A DNA stretch of 39,724 nucleotides from Candidatus Dormiibacterota bacterium. GTDB taxonomy: Bacteria; Chloroflexota; Dormibacteria; Aeolococcales; Aeolococcaceae. Of the stretch, positions 18,532-26,618 are shown one piece after another. The stretch is from the NCBI GenBank assembly GCA_003153215.1, contig PLXL01000110.1:4571-44294 (forward strand), read 5' to 3'. The position numbers and the translations under genes were made by a program. The notes under the pieces are model-generated. The model was not told the DNA's origin. It made no database searches and was given only the letters and a program-made list of their open reading frames with translations. Position 1 is the stretch's first letter. Every line of letters begins with the position of its first letter.

Positions 18532-20315
18532 GGCTGTCCACCCCCTGTCGAGACGTGTGGGGAGGTTTCTGGCGCACGAGGCGAGGAGCGCCGGAGCCTC
18601 CGCCGAGGTGACACGGCCGGCGCCCGACCAACCACCCGAGCCTGACCCGCTCTGGGGGTGACGCCGGCGGGCTGGACCTGGAACCCGATCCTCCGCTCCG
18701 GCTCCCCGCTGGGCAGCCAGCTCCGGGCGAGTTCGGGAGTCACCCGGATGGGCCGGTGCGTGACCAGGTGGTGGCGCAGCGCCCGGCGCACCACGGCGGT
18801 GAGCCGCTGCTCCAGCGGGCGCATGCCCTCGCTGGGCGGGTAGCCGGTCACCAGGGCCTCGACCGTCTCCTCGGGCAGCTGCAGCACCTGGTCGTCGATG
18901 TCGTTGTCTTTGAGGAGGCGGGGCAGGAGGTAGTCGCGGCCGATGGCGACCTGCTCCTCGCGGGTCTGGGCGGGGATGTGGAGCACCCGCATGCGGTCCC
19001 GGAGTGGTGCCGGGATGGCGTCGAGGTCGTTTCCGGTGGCGATCCAAAGGACCCCGCTGAGGTCGACCCTCAGGGCTTCGTAGCAATGGTCAACCTGCAG
19101 CGCCTTGTTCTGGCTGGGGTCGAGGATGGCGAGGAGCGTCGCCAGGGGACTGTGGGGAGGTCGCGGGTCGATCTTGTCAATCTCGTCCAGAACCCCAACC
19201 CAAAGGCTCGAATGCTCCGAACTGATCAATCGACGCATGAGCTCGCCGGGGCGGGCGTGCATGTAACTGGCGTCTATGCCCGAGAGGAACACGTCATCCA
19301 TGCCGCCAAGAGCGAAGGTCTGGAGCTGGCGCCCGGTGGCAGCGGCTATTGAGACCGCCACCGACGTCTTGCCGACCCCAGGGGGTCCGATCAGCGCCAG
19401 GGCTGTCATGTCGCCGCTTCCGGGAGGGAGCCCCCGCTTTCGGCGCCACTCCAGCATGCCCAGCACATCGCCAACCGCCTCCTTGACCTCCGTGAGGCCG
19501 TTCCCACCGTGGCTCTCGTCGAGCAACTGCCGTGCCCGCCGCAGGTCTATGGGCGGCTGGGGCGGGGCCTGCCATTGGATGGCGAGCGCCGCGTCGATGA
19601 GGGCGTGGCCGAAGGCGCGGCTGTCCTCGGACTTCTGATCGCGTTCGACCGCCTCCCGGACGGCGTCAGGGAGCGCGGCGAGGCGGTCGTCCTCCTTCGC
19701 GCCCTCGGGGTCCGGCCCGTCGTCGTCGAATCCCCGGGGCTGGCGCGCGGGGGGCTTGGGGCGGTTTACCCAGCGCTCCAGCTTGCGCAGGCGACCCTCC
19801 AGGGTGGGGCAGCGCAGGACGCCCCGCCTGACCGCCTCGGTGGTCGCCAGGTGCCCGGTCAAGCGGTCGATCCGATCCGCCGGGCCGACCCCGGTCAGAT
19901 CGAAGTCATCCCCGGCGCCGTCGGCGGTGACCCGCGCGATCAGGGCACGGAGTCGATCCGCCTGGCCGCGGTGGAGGGGCGCGGGTACGGGGAGATCGGA
20001 GACGAGCACCCGTGGGGAGGTGCGGCCCGTTGGGGCGGCGCACAGCCGCACCCTGCGCTCGCCCACGAGCTCCACGTGGGCGAGCTTGCCGTCGGCGGGC
20101 TGCGCGACGTGGACGATCCTGGCAAGGGTGCCAACCCCCCCGGGTTGACGAGGCACGGCGACCAGCCGCCCATCCCCCTGATCGGCCGCTTCGATCGCCC
20201 CGCGCTGGTCCCGCCAGGTCAGGCTCTCCATGACACTCTCCCCGGGCAGCAGGAGGCGTCCGATCAGCGCGGGCAGCTCGTAGGGCTGCTGCGGAAGGCC
20301 GGCACGCGAAGTCAC
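18528..20315 (-). CDS. Lon-like AAA+ ATPase (Lon N-terminal domain + AAA+ module) lacking the S16 protease domain
   Basis: Lon-type AAA+ block: LALIGPPGVGKTSVAVSIAAATGRQLQTFALGGMDDVFLSGIDASYMHARPGELMRRL, Walker B VLDEIDK, ILDPSQN..DHCY, IATGN, PLRDRMRV. The N-terminal ~190 aa resemble the Lon substrate-binding domain. The ORF ends in a low-complexity tail with no Ser-Lys protease domain. Confidence 0.8.
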   Translation of the reverse strand: MTSRAGLPQQPYELPALIGRLLLPGESVMESLTWRDQRGAIEAADQGDGRLVAVPRQPGGVGTLARIVHVAQPADGKLAHVELVGERRVRLCAAPTGRTSPRVLVSDLPVPAPLHRGQADRLRALIARVTADGAGDDFDLTGVGPADRIDRLTGHLATTEAVRRGVLRCPTLEGRLRKLERWVNRPKPPARQPRGFDDDGPDPEGAKEDDRLAALPDAVREAVERDQKSEDSRAFGHALIDAALAIQWQAPPQPPIDLRRARQLLDESHGGNGLTEVKEAVGDVLGMLEWRRKRGLPPGSGDMTALALIGPPGVGKTSVAVSIAAATGRQLQTFALGGMDDVFLSGIDASYMHARPGELMRRLISSEHSSLWVGVLDEIDKIDPRPPHSPLATLLAILDPSQNKALQVDHCYEALRVDLSGVLWIATGNDLDAIPAPLRDRMRVLHIPAQTREEQVAIGRDYLLPRLLKDNDIDDQVLQLPEETVEALVTGYPPSEGMRPLEQRLTAVVRRALRHHLVTHRPIRVTPELARSWLPSGEPERRIGFQVQPAGVTPRAGQARVVGRAPAVSPRRRLRRSSPRAPETSPHVSTGGGQP

Positions 20316-20749
20316 GCGGACACCTCCAGCGACATGGGCTCGACGGTGATGACCCAGCCCGGCGCCCGGTCCACCGCGTAGCGCTTCTTGGCGACCAGGG
20401 TCACCACCTGAGCATCGTCGAGCCAGACCCGACCGGAGGTCAGGGCGTCCAGACCAGCCTTGGCCAGGTTATCCGCGTCGGGCCGTGAGGCGGGCAGCGC
20501 GGTCGCCCGGAGGCGCCGCGGAACGCGCTGGGGCAACCGGAGATACGCGGTGATGCTCACCGCGACCGGACCCTCCAGGGGTACCCAGGCGTCACCCAGT
20601 TGGGCCTCGACGTGCTCGCGGATGCTGCGCTCGGCCGTGCGGGTGCCGGTGGGTGTGTAGGCGTGGGGCCGGCCGTGGGCCCAGGTCACCCGGGGCCGCT
20701 TCTTGGGCACGGGGGCCTCGTCGATCTCGAAGGTGAGGGGGCCCGTCAT
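20312..20749 (-). CDS. rusA: RusA-family Holliday junction resolvase
   Basis: [30 protein letters not shown] closely matches the E. coli RusA core [26 protein letters not shown]. The size (145 aa) is right. Confidence 0.9.
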   Translation of the reverse strand: [145 protein letters not shown]

Positions 20750-20750
20750 C

Positions 20751-22310
20751 TCAGACCTTCCACTCGATCTCGAAGCGCCGCGGGTCGAAGCGGTTGCGGC
20801 CGTGGTTCGCGGCCCTGACGGTGACGTGGTCGATGAGGGCGTCGAGGATGCCCTGCTGCCGATCGACGCCGAGCTCGTCCCAGCGCGCCCTCAGTGCCGC
20901 GGCGTCGTCGATGCCGCGGAAGACGATCACCCGGTTGCCCCGGGCCAGCCGCCGGGCCAAGGCGTCGATCTCGGCACGGAGCGTCGAGCTGTTGCGCAGG
21001 TATTGCTCCCTGGTGATGGCGTCCTCCCGCCACAGGGCGTCGCTCTCCTCCCGTTTGGCCCGCTTGCGGGCGATTTCCTCGACGATCGCGGCCTGGGGGT
21101 CGCCCTGCTCCGGGTGGCGTAGCGCCTCCCAGACCGCCGGCGTGTCGAGGCGGGCCAGGACCTGGCCGACCACGTGGCCCTCCAAGTACTCGGCCAGGAT
21201 GGCCACCCCGCCGCAGCCGCGGGCAACAGGGGGCTTGGCACAGATGTAGTTGCGCCGCTTATCCCCCTTGGGGCGGGCCACCAGGCCCTCCCGGCAGCGG
21301 TGGCAGCGGGCCCGGCCGCCGGTCAGCAGGTACCGGCGAGCGGGTTGGACGTTGAGCCGCCGGCGGCCCTCCACGAGGGTGCGAATCCGATCGCTCTGCT
21401 CGGGGGTGATGATGCCGGGCCATATCGCCAGGGCGACGTCATCGCCCTTGTAGTCCCTTCGGCCCGCAATCCGCCCACTCGTCAGCATGGTGCGCAGCAC
21501 GGTGGTCGACCAGGGGCCACCGTGCACGGTCGGAACGCCGCTGTCGATGAGCCACAGACAGAGAGAGCGGAGGCTCTCCCCGGCATCCGCGCGGTCGGCG
21601 AGGGTGCGGATGACCGCCGCCTCCTCCTCGCGAATGGTCACCTTGTCGCTCTCGTAGCCGAATGGGCGACCACCGCCACCACCGAGAAGCCCCTGCTCCG
21701 CGTAGTCGCGCGCCGCCCGGGTCGCGCGCATGGAGAGCACGCGGCTTTCGTAGCGGCCGTTGCTCACCGCGTCGCGGAACCATTTCTCCCCCTCGGGGGT
21801 GGAGAGGTCGGCGGGAAGCCCGGTATGGGGAATCAGGAGGACGTGGTGCTTGACGAAGAGGTCGATCAGGTCTTCGCCCTCGTGCCCGTCGCGGCAGAGC
21901 CGGTCAGGTCTCCAGAGCACAAGGTTGCGGATGTGCCCCGCCTCGATGTCAGCCCACAGCCGTTTGAAGTCTTGGCGGCGCTCCCGCCGCGGGTTCGGCC
22001 GAAACGCCGAGACGTCGTCGTCCTGGTACTCGTCGTAGGCGCGCAGCCCCATGCGGGCGATGACCTCGCGGCCGTCGCGGAGTTGACGATCCACCCCGCG
22101 CCGCCGGCTGCCCGGGTCGTCGGAGATCCGCGCGTAGTTGGCGGTGTCGCCGGGGCCGGCGCCTCCACCAGACCGCGGGGTAGGCAGGTACGACGTCCGC
22201 TCGAGCCAGCCGGTCGGGCTCTCCGCTGGCCAGAGCGCGCCGCTCTTCAGCTCGGCGATCAGTCCGGGCCCCGTCGGGTGTTCCCAGGGCCTGAATCGGG
22301 GCTCGGTCAC
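20751..22310 (-). CDS. large serine recombinase (phage-type serine integrase)
   Basis: Resolvase catalytic N-domain YARISDDPGSRRRGVDRQLRDGRE; recombinase domain; Cys-rich zinc ribbon CHRCREGLV...YICAKPPVARGC; C-terminal coiled coil. The GTG start overlaps the upstream stop. Confidence 0.9.
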   Translation of the reverse strand: MTEPRFRPWEHPTGPGLIAELKSGALWPAESPTGWLERTSYLPTPRSGGGAGPGDTANYARISDDPGSRRRGVDRQLRDGREVIARMGLRAYDEYQDDDVSAFRPNPRRERRQDFKRLWADIEAGHIRNLVLWRPDRLCRDGHEGEDLIDLFVKHHVLLIPHTGLPADLSTPEGEKWFRDAVSNGRYESRVLSMRATRAARDYAEQGLLGGGGGRPFGYESDKVTIREEEAAVIRTLADRADAGESLRSLCLWLIDSGVPTVHGGPWSTTVLRTMLTSGRIAGRRDYKGDDVALAIWPGIITPEQSDRIRTLVEGRRRLNVQPARRYLLTGGRARCHRCREGLVARPKGDKRRNYICAKPPVARGCGGVAILAEYLEGHVVGQVLARLDTPAVWEALRHPEQGDPQAAIVEEIARKRAKREESDALWREDAITREQYLRNSSTLRAEIDALARRLARGNRVIVFRGIDDAAALRARWDELGVDRQQGILDALIDHVTVRAANHGRNRFDPRRFEIEWKV

Positions 22311-22408
22311 TGCGACTGTCCTCCCCAGCCGGGGTGGCTCCGCTGCGCGTGCACTTCCGCCACCTCGAAGCCGGTGCGCAGGCGGCCGCGGTCGGTGCGC
22401 GGGGTCAT
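22307..22408 (-). CDS. possible 33-aa coupling ORF
   Basis: MTPRTDRGRLRTGFEVAEVHAQRSHPGWGGQSQ. It has an ATGA overlap with the upstream ORF and a GTGA overlap with the serine recombinase. Support is positional only. Confidence 0.25.
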   Translation of the reverse strand: MTPRTDRGRLRTGFEVAEVHAQRSHPGWGGQSQ

Positions 22409-22881
22409 GGCGCGGGCCTCCTCGAGGCTCGGCCCCTTCGCCGAGCGATGTCCCTGGCGATGGCGACCGTCTTCATGTACGGGCGTAGCCGGCGCTGAAC
22501 CCACCTCACCTGCGGTGCCGGGGTGGCCGCGAGGATCCTGGCCCTGGCGGCCCTGGCGCTCGCGACATGACGCCTCAGGTCGTCTGCCCTTCGTTCACGC
22601 GCCGCCTCCAGCGCTTTGTTGGCCTGGTTGGCGAGGACGCGAAATTGGATGTCGATGGGGTCCTTGCGGGGATTGCGTGCGGAGCCGGTCGCGGCTCTGG
22701 CCTCCTTGGCCGGCCGGGCCCGGCGCGGGGAGGGCGAAGGGGCGGGCGGCGGGATGGCCTCGGCGGGACGCCGCGGCTTGCCACGGTAGACGGCGCTCTG
22801 GGCCGCCATCTCCTCCACCCTGCGGCGCAGGCGCTCTTCGCGCGTCTCCCCGTCGTCGAGGTTGAGGTCGTCCGGTGTCAT
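22405..22881 (-). CDS. hypothetical basic protein (158 aa)
   Basis: An ORF in the coupled chain with ATGA overlaps at both ends. It has an acidic N-terminus, a Pro-rich linker and a basic helical C-terminus. No recognisable motif. Confidence 0.45.
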   Translation of the reverse strand: MTPDDLNLDDGETREERLRRRVEEMAAQSAVYRGKPRRPAEAIPPPAPSPSPRRARPAKEARAATGSARNPRKDPIDIQFRVLANQANKALEAARERRADDLRRHVASARAARARILAATPAPQVRWVQRRLRPYMKTVAIARDIARRRGRASRRPAP

Positions 22882-23120
22882 CTCGACTCCCTCTCCGGCG
22901 TGGGGCCGCCGAGGTAATCCCGGATGACCGTCTCCACGGTCGTCCCCAGAGCGGCGGCCGCCGCCCCGCGGTCTCCCTCGGTTTGCTCGAGGAGGCTGGT
23001 GGCGTACATGTGGCGCAGGGCGTGGGTGTGATCCAGGAGCCGGGCGCGGTCGTCGAAGCCGGCCCTCAGGGTGGCCCGCGCGAGCGCGTCGTTCAGGGAC
23101 TCACGCCGCCGGCGGCTCAT
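22878..23120 (-). CDS. 80-aa ORF duplicating the tyrosine-recombinase catalytic tail (HxxR...Y segment); possible pseudogene fragment
   Basis: MSRRRRESLNDALARATLRAGFDDRARLLDHTHALRHMYATSLL...VIRDYLGG aligns with LNQALSRATLRAGFGERSLVLSRTHALRHLRATLL...FLEDYVG of the 677-aa recombinase. Confidence 0.5.
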   Translation of the reverse strand: MSRRRRESLNDALARATLRAGFDDRARLLDHTHALRHMYATSLLEQTEGDRGAAAAALGTTVETVIRDYLGGPTPERESR

Positions 23121-23640
23121 GAGGCACCCTCCGGCGGCCCGTCGGGCGGGTCCGTGCGCTCCTCGGCTCGACGCAACCGGTCCCCGAGGTGGATCAGCTC
23201 CCGCTCGGTGGCCTCCGGGGGATCCCCGCCGAAATGGGCGTAAGCGCGCCGTTCCATGTCCCTGGCCACCGCCCGCTCGGCTCGCACCGTGGCCACGTCC
23301 TCGGCCATGGCGGCGTCCCATAGCAACTTCCCCACCCGGCGTAGCTCGAAGCCGGTCCTCTGGATCGCCCGCGCCAGCTCGTCGTTCGGGGACTCACGGC
23401 GGCGGCTCATGAGACGCCCTCCGGCGGCTCGTCGGGCGGGTCGGTGAACTCCTCGGCTCGGCGCAGCCGGTCCCCCAGGTGGATCAGCTCCAGCTCGATG
23501 TCCTTCGGGGGATCGCCCTCGAAGTGGGAGTAGGCGCGCCGGACCATGTCCCTGGCCACTGCCCGCTGGGCCCGCACCGTGGTCATTCCCCCGGCCGGGG
23601 CGGCGTCCCAGGCCAGCCTCACCGCCCGGCGCAGGGTGGG
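23090..23640. repeat. about 290-bp tandem duplication (two units) spanning the 3' end of the recombinase gene and the next ORF
   Basis: ggcggctcatgaggcaccctccggcggcccgtcgggcggg...ggatcagctc (from 23111) recurs as ggcggctcatgagacgccctccggcggctcgtcgggcggg...ggatcagctc (from 23401). The period is 290 nt and identity is high by eye. Confidence 0.8.
23117..23410 (-). CDS. 97-aa ORF duplicating the extreme C-terminal tail of the 677-aa recombinase
   Basis: ...WDAAMAEDVATVRAERAVARDMERRAYAHFGGDPPEATERELIHLGDRLRRAEERTDPPDGPPEGAS aligns with ...WDAAPAGGMTTVRAQRAVARDMVRRAYSHFEGDPPKDIELELIHLGDRLRRAEEFTDPPDEPPEGVS. ATGA overlaps at both ends. Confidence 0.5.
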   Translation of the reverse strand: MSRRRESPNDELARAIQRTGFELRRVGKLLWDAAMAEDVATVRAERAVARDMERRAYAHFGGDPPEATERELIHLGDRLRRAEERTDPPDGPPEGAS

Positions 23641-25440
23641 CATGGTGTCGCTCCGCTCGAACTCGAGGCGGATCGCCCCCTGGTCCAGGGCGTGCTGGGC
23701 GCGCACCGAGACGAGATCGACCTCCTCGTCGGTGGTGCCCACGTAGTCCTCCAGGAATGTCGCCACCGTGACCCCGAGGGCGGCCGCCGCCGCCGGGATC
23801 TTGGTCGGGTCCACCTGACACAGGAGGGTGGCGCGCAGGTGGCGCAGGGCATGCGTGCGTGAGAGGACGAGCGACCGCTCCCCGAAGCCGGCCCGCAGGG
23901 TGGCCCGGGACAGCGCCTGGTTGAGGTCCTCGTCATCCCAGGGCTTGCCGTTGGGTTTCGGCAGCAGGGGGGCCACCGGCCCCGCATCGGGGGCGAGCAA
24001 CCCCTGCTCCCGCGACGCCGCGAAGGCTTCGATGGCGGCGTCGCGCAGGTACTCCCAGACCGCCCAGGCGCGCTGGGAGAGGGCAATGGAGACCGGCTTC
24101 CCCCCGCTCTTCCTGGCCGCCGGGGTGCCGTCGTCGTCCTGGCGGATCACCGTGACCCAGCCCGCCGGCTGGTCCGGATCATCCCCGGTGTAGGCGGGGT
24201 TGGCCTCACCGTCGAGGACGGTCTGGCCGAGGATCTCCCCAACCCTGCAGCCCAGGTATGCGGTGAGGTCCAGCGCTGCCCGCATCACCGGGGCCTCGAA
24301 GATGATGCCATGGGCGCGGAGGTGAGCCCACTCAGCGGCGGTGTACCAGTCCCAAGCGCGCCCAGCCCGGCGCCGCATCCGGCGGGGCAGGCTGGCCACC
24401 ACGAAGGGCGCCACCTGGCCCTTGGCGACGGCGACCACGTAGCCCCTTCCCTGCTTCTCCGCCGTGAGCTTCTTCTCCCGTATGCGGCGGCAGACAGTCA
24501 CCTCATCGATGCCGAGGACCAGCGCGGTCTGGGCCACGTTGAGCTCCAGTTCATCGTCCCCCACGACCATCTCGACCGCTTTGTAGTCGTGCGGAACCAC
24601 CTCGTCGTTCAATGGGTTCTCGCTGCCCGGCGGCAGCAACTTCTCTTTGAGGGCGTACTTGAAGAAGTGGCCCAAGACGGTGATGTAGCCCGTCTGCGTG
24701 GCGGCGCCCTTACCGGCGAAGGGAAGGTGACGCAGCGCGAAATTGATCAGCTCGACGCAGAACCGGAAGAGGGGGTACTCCCCCAGCGGCCGGCCGTCGG
24801 GGCCGGGGATCGAGAAGAACTGGACGAGCTTGCGGATGACCTCGTGGACCGCGGGCTCGTCGCGGTAGGCCCCGGCCGAGCGGTGTCCCCGCGGCTTGGG
24901 GGTCACACGCAGGTACTCCGCGAAACCATCCAGGTGGGAGCTCGCCGGGCGCAGGGCCCCGGGGGTCTCGTAGAGGCGGATCTTCGCCACCAGGCCGCGC
25001 GCCTTGTCAAGGTCGCTGCCGCAGGACATCTGGCGGTGGGCAAACTCGTCGGGGTGGTCATCGAAGACCTGCCGGGAGACGTCGACATAGTAGAGGGGAC
25101 CGACGCCGTACTTCCATTCGCCCTCTCCCCTGCAGACCGTCGGCCTGACATGCACGCCCTTGGGAAGGTTCTTCTCGAACACGCCGTAGAACTCGTCGAG
25201 ACGGGGCGGGGAGAGCAGTTGCGAGTAGCGCGCCCGGCGGCGGCGCTCGCGGCGGTTCCGGGCCTTCTGGAGACGGACGGGGAACGGCAGGACGTTCTTC
25301 GCGGGAGCGGGGTCCACCTCCACCTCCGGGTCCGGCTGCTGCGGGAGGGTGTGGCGGTCGAGGCTCATGACCCGGACCCCGGGACGCCGCCGGAGGCGGC
25401 CGGCGGGCAGGTAGACGCGGCGAGAGAGCAGCGCGTCCAT
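23407..25440 (-). CDS. large tyrosine recombinase / integrase with an embedded MerR/excisionase-type HTH
   Basis: Catalytic elements: LGCRVGEILG (Arg), THALRHLRAT (HxxR) and FLEDYVG (Tyr). An internal HTH-like stretch reads LNVAQTALVLGIDEVTVCRRIREKKL. 677 aa, with an alternative start at Met 25368. Confidence 0.8.
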   Translation of the reverse strand: MDALLSRRVYLPAGRLRRRPGVRVMSLDRHTLPQQPDPEVEVDPAPAKNVLPFPVRLQKARNRRERRRRARYSQLLSPPRLDEFYGVFEKNLPKGVHVRPTVCRGEGEWKYGVGPLYYVDVSRQVFDDHPDEFAHRQMSCGSDLDKARGLVAKIRLYETPGALRPASSHLDGFAEYLRVTPKPRGHRSAGAYRDEPAVHEVIRKLVQFFSIPGPDGRPLGEYPLFRFCVELINFALRHLPFAGKGAATQTGYITVLGHFFKYALKEKLLPPGSENPLNDEVVPHDYKAVEMVVGDDELELNVAQTALVLGIDEVTVCRRIREKKLTAEKQGRGYVVAVAKGQVAPFVVASLPRRMRRRAGRAWDWYTAAEWAHLRAHGIIFEAPVMRAALDLTAYLGCRVGEILGQTVLDGEANPAYTGDDPDQPAGWVTVIRQDDDGTPAARKSGGKPVSIALSQRAWAVWEYLRDAAIEAFAASREQGLLAPDAGPVAPLLPKPNGKPWDDEDLNQALSRATLRAGFGERSLVLSRTHALRHLRATLLCQVDPTKIPAAAAALGVTVATFLEDYVGTTDEEVDLVSVRAQHALDQGAIRLEFERSDTMPTLRRAVRLAWDAAPAGGMTTVRAQRAVARDMVRRAYSHFEGDPPKDIELELIHLGDRLRRAEEFTDPPDEPPEGVS

Positions 25441-25441
25441 C

Positions 25442-25816
25442 TCAGTGCCCCCCGGGGTGCGGGGGGCAGCGCCGGCAGCGGCTGGCCCTGGCCCTCCAGC
25501 TCTCGAGCTGGCGAGGTCGCCGCGGGGTGGTGCTGGTCGGTGATGCTGCCGGTGCTGGTGGTCGGGCTGCTGGCGGCAAGGGACGCACCGAGGCGTGGGG
25601 AGCCGGCGGACGGCTGGGCGGGGCCACCGAGCCCTGGACCCGCCGCGCCTGCACCCAGACTCGGATAGAGGCGACCTCCACCCGATACCTCGGATCCCGG
25701 ATGTAGCTCAGCTCCGACCGATGGCACATCGAATATACGTGGGCCGCGGATACCCCCATCGCGCGTGCCGTCTGAGCCACCGACCAGTACAGCGCCTGCC
25801 CCTGCCAGTCGTCCAC
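25442..25816 (-). CDS. excisionase/AlpA-like HTH DNA-binding protein
   Basis: HTH_17-like YWSVAQTARAMGVSAAHVYSMCHRSELSYIRDPRYRVEVASIRVW. GTG at 25816 is preceded by GGAGG at a 6-nt spacing. The track ORF extends to 25912, but those codons are low-GC3. Confidence 0.6.
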   Translation of the reverse strand: MDDWQGQALYWSVAQTARAMGVSAAHVYSMCHRSELSYIRDPRYRVEVASIRVWVQARRVQGSVAPPSRPPAPHASVRPLPPAARPPAPAASPTSTTPRRPRQLESWRARASRCRRCPPHPGGH

Positions 25817-25952
25817 CCACCGCCTCCGTCCGGCCGGGTGGCCAAGTGCCGTCCCGCACCGAAGTTGCCTCTTGAACCTTTCTATGGGGTAGGATAGCAC
25901 CAACACGAACATCCGTGCTGGGCCCGGCTGACGGTCCGGCTACACTTATGGG

Positions 25953-26618
25953 GTGACCGACGAGATGTCCAGGCCGCAGCGCCCGCGGGGGCGTCCTCGG
26001 GGCAGCGACACCCGCGAGCGCTTGCTCAAGTTGGTCTCCGACGAGTACCTCAGGACGGGCATTTATCCGGTCCGCGACGGCCTGTCCCGATCCTTGGGGA
26101 TCTCGCCCCAGGCGGTGAGCGGCCACATCACCCGGCTGATCAGGGCCGGGCTGCTCCCCGAGGACGCCAACGCCCGGGACTGGAGCATCCGGCTGCGCGG
26201 CGCGAGCGTCCGCATCCCGGTCCTGGGTCGGAGCGCCGCCGGCCCGCCCACCCTGGCCACCCCCGAGCAGGAGCCGCTCGATCTTTTTGCTCTGCTGACT
26301 CGCAACCACCCCGGATGTTGGGCCGTTGAGGCGAACGGTGACAGCCTTGACGGGCCGCCATTTTGGATCCAGCCCGGTGCTTACTGCATCTGCAGGCCGA
26401 CGCCCGAAGCGAGCGAGGGCGAGATTGCCCTCTGCCGCCTGCTCGATGCCGAAACGGGCGAACCCACCGTAACGCTCAAACAGATCCTCCACGACCCGGA
26501 CGGCCGGCTCGTCCTCCACCCCCTCAACCCCCAGGCCGAGGACATCCACCCCGACCCCGAGCAGCGCCTGGACATTCTCGGGGTTGTTGTTGCGGTCGTC
26601 CGGCAACTGCCCCGCTGA
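25953..26618 (+). CDS. LexA/CI-like repressor (winged-helix DNA-binding domain + S24 self-cleaving peptidase domain)
   Basis: N-terminal LexA-type wHTH (LSRSLGISPQAVSGHITRLIRAGLL); candidate Ala-Gly cleavage site in IPVLGRSAAGPP; S24 Ser in ANGDSLDG and Lys in VTLKQI. Alternative ATG at 25965. Divergent from the Xis-like gene. Confidence 0.8.
   Translation: MTDEMSRPQRPRGRPRGSDTRERLLKLVSDEYLRTGIYPVRDGLSRSLGISPQAVSGHITRLIRAGLLPEDANARDWSIRLRGASVRIPVLGRSAAGPPTLATPEQEPLDLFALLTRNHPGCWAVEANGDSLDGPPFWIQPGAYCICRPTPEASEGEIALCRLLDAETGEPTVTLKQILHDPDGRLVLHPLNPQAEDIHPDPEQRLDILGVVVAVVRQLPR

Noticed and set aside
21174-22865. 563-aa plus-strand ORF
   Set aside because: It is an antisense shadow of the serine recombinase and downstream ORFs. 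It is low-complexity Ala/Gly/Pro/Arg sequence with no motifs.
24310-25668. 452-aa plus-strand ORF
   Set aside because: It is an antisense shadow of the tyrosine recombinase gene and its composition is junk-like.
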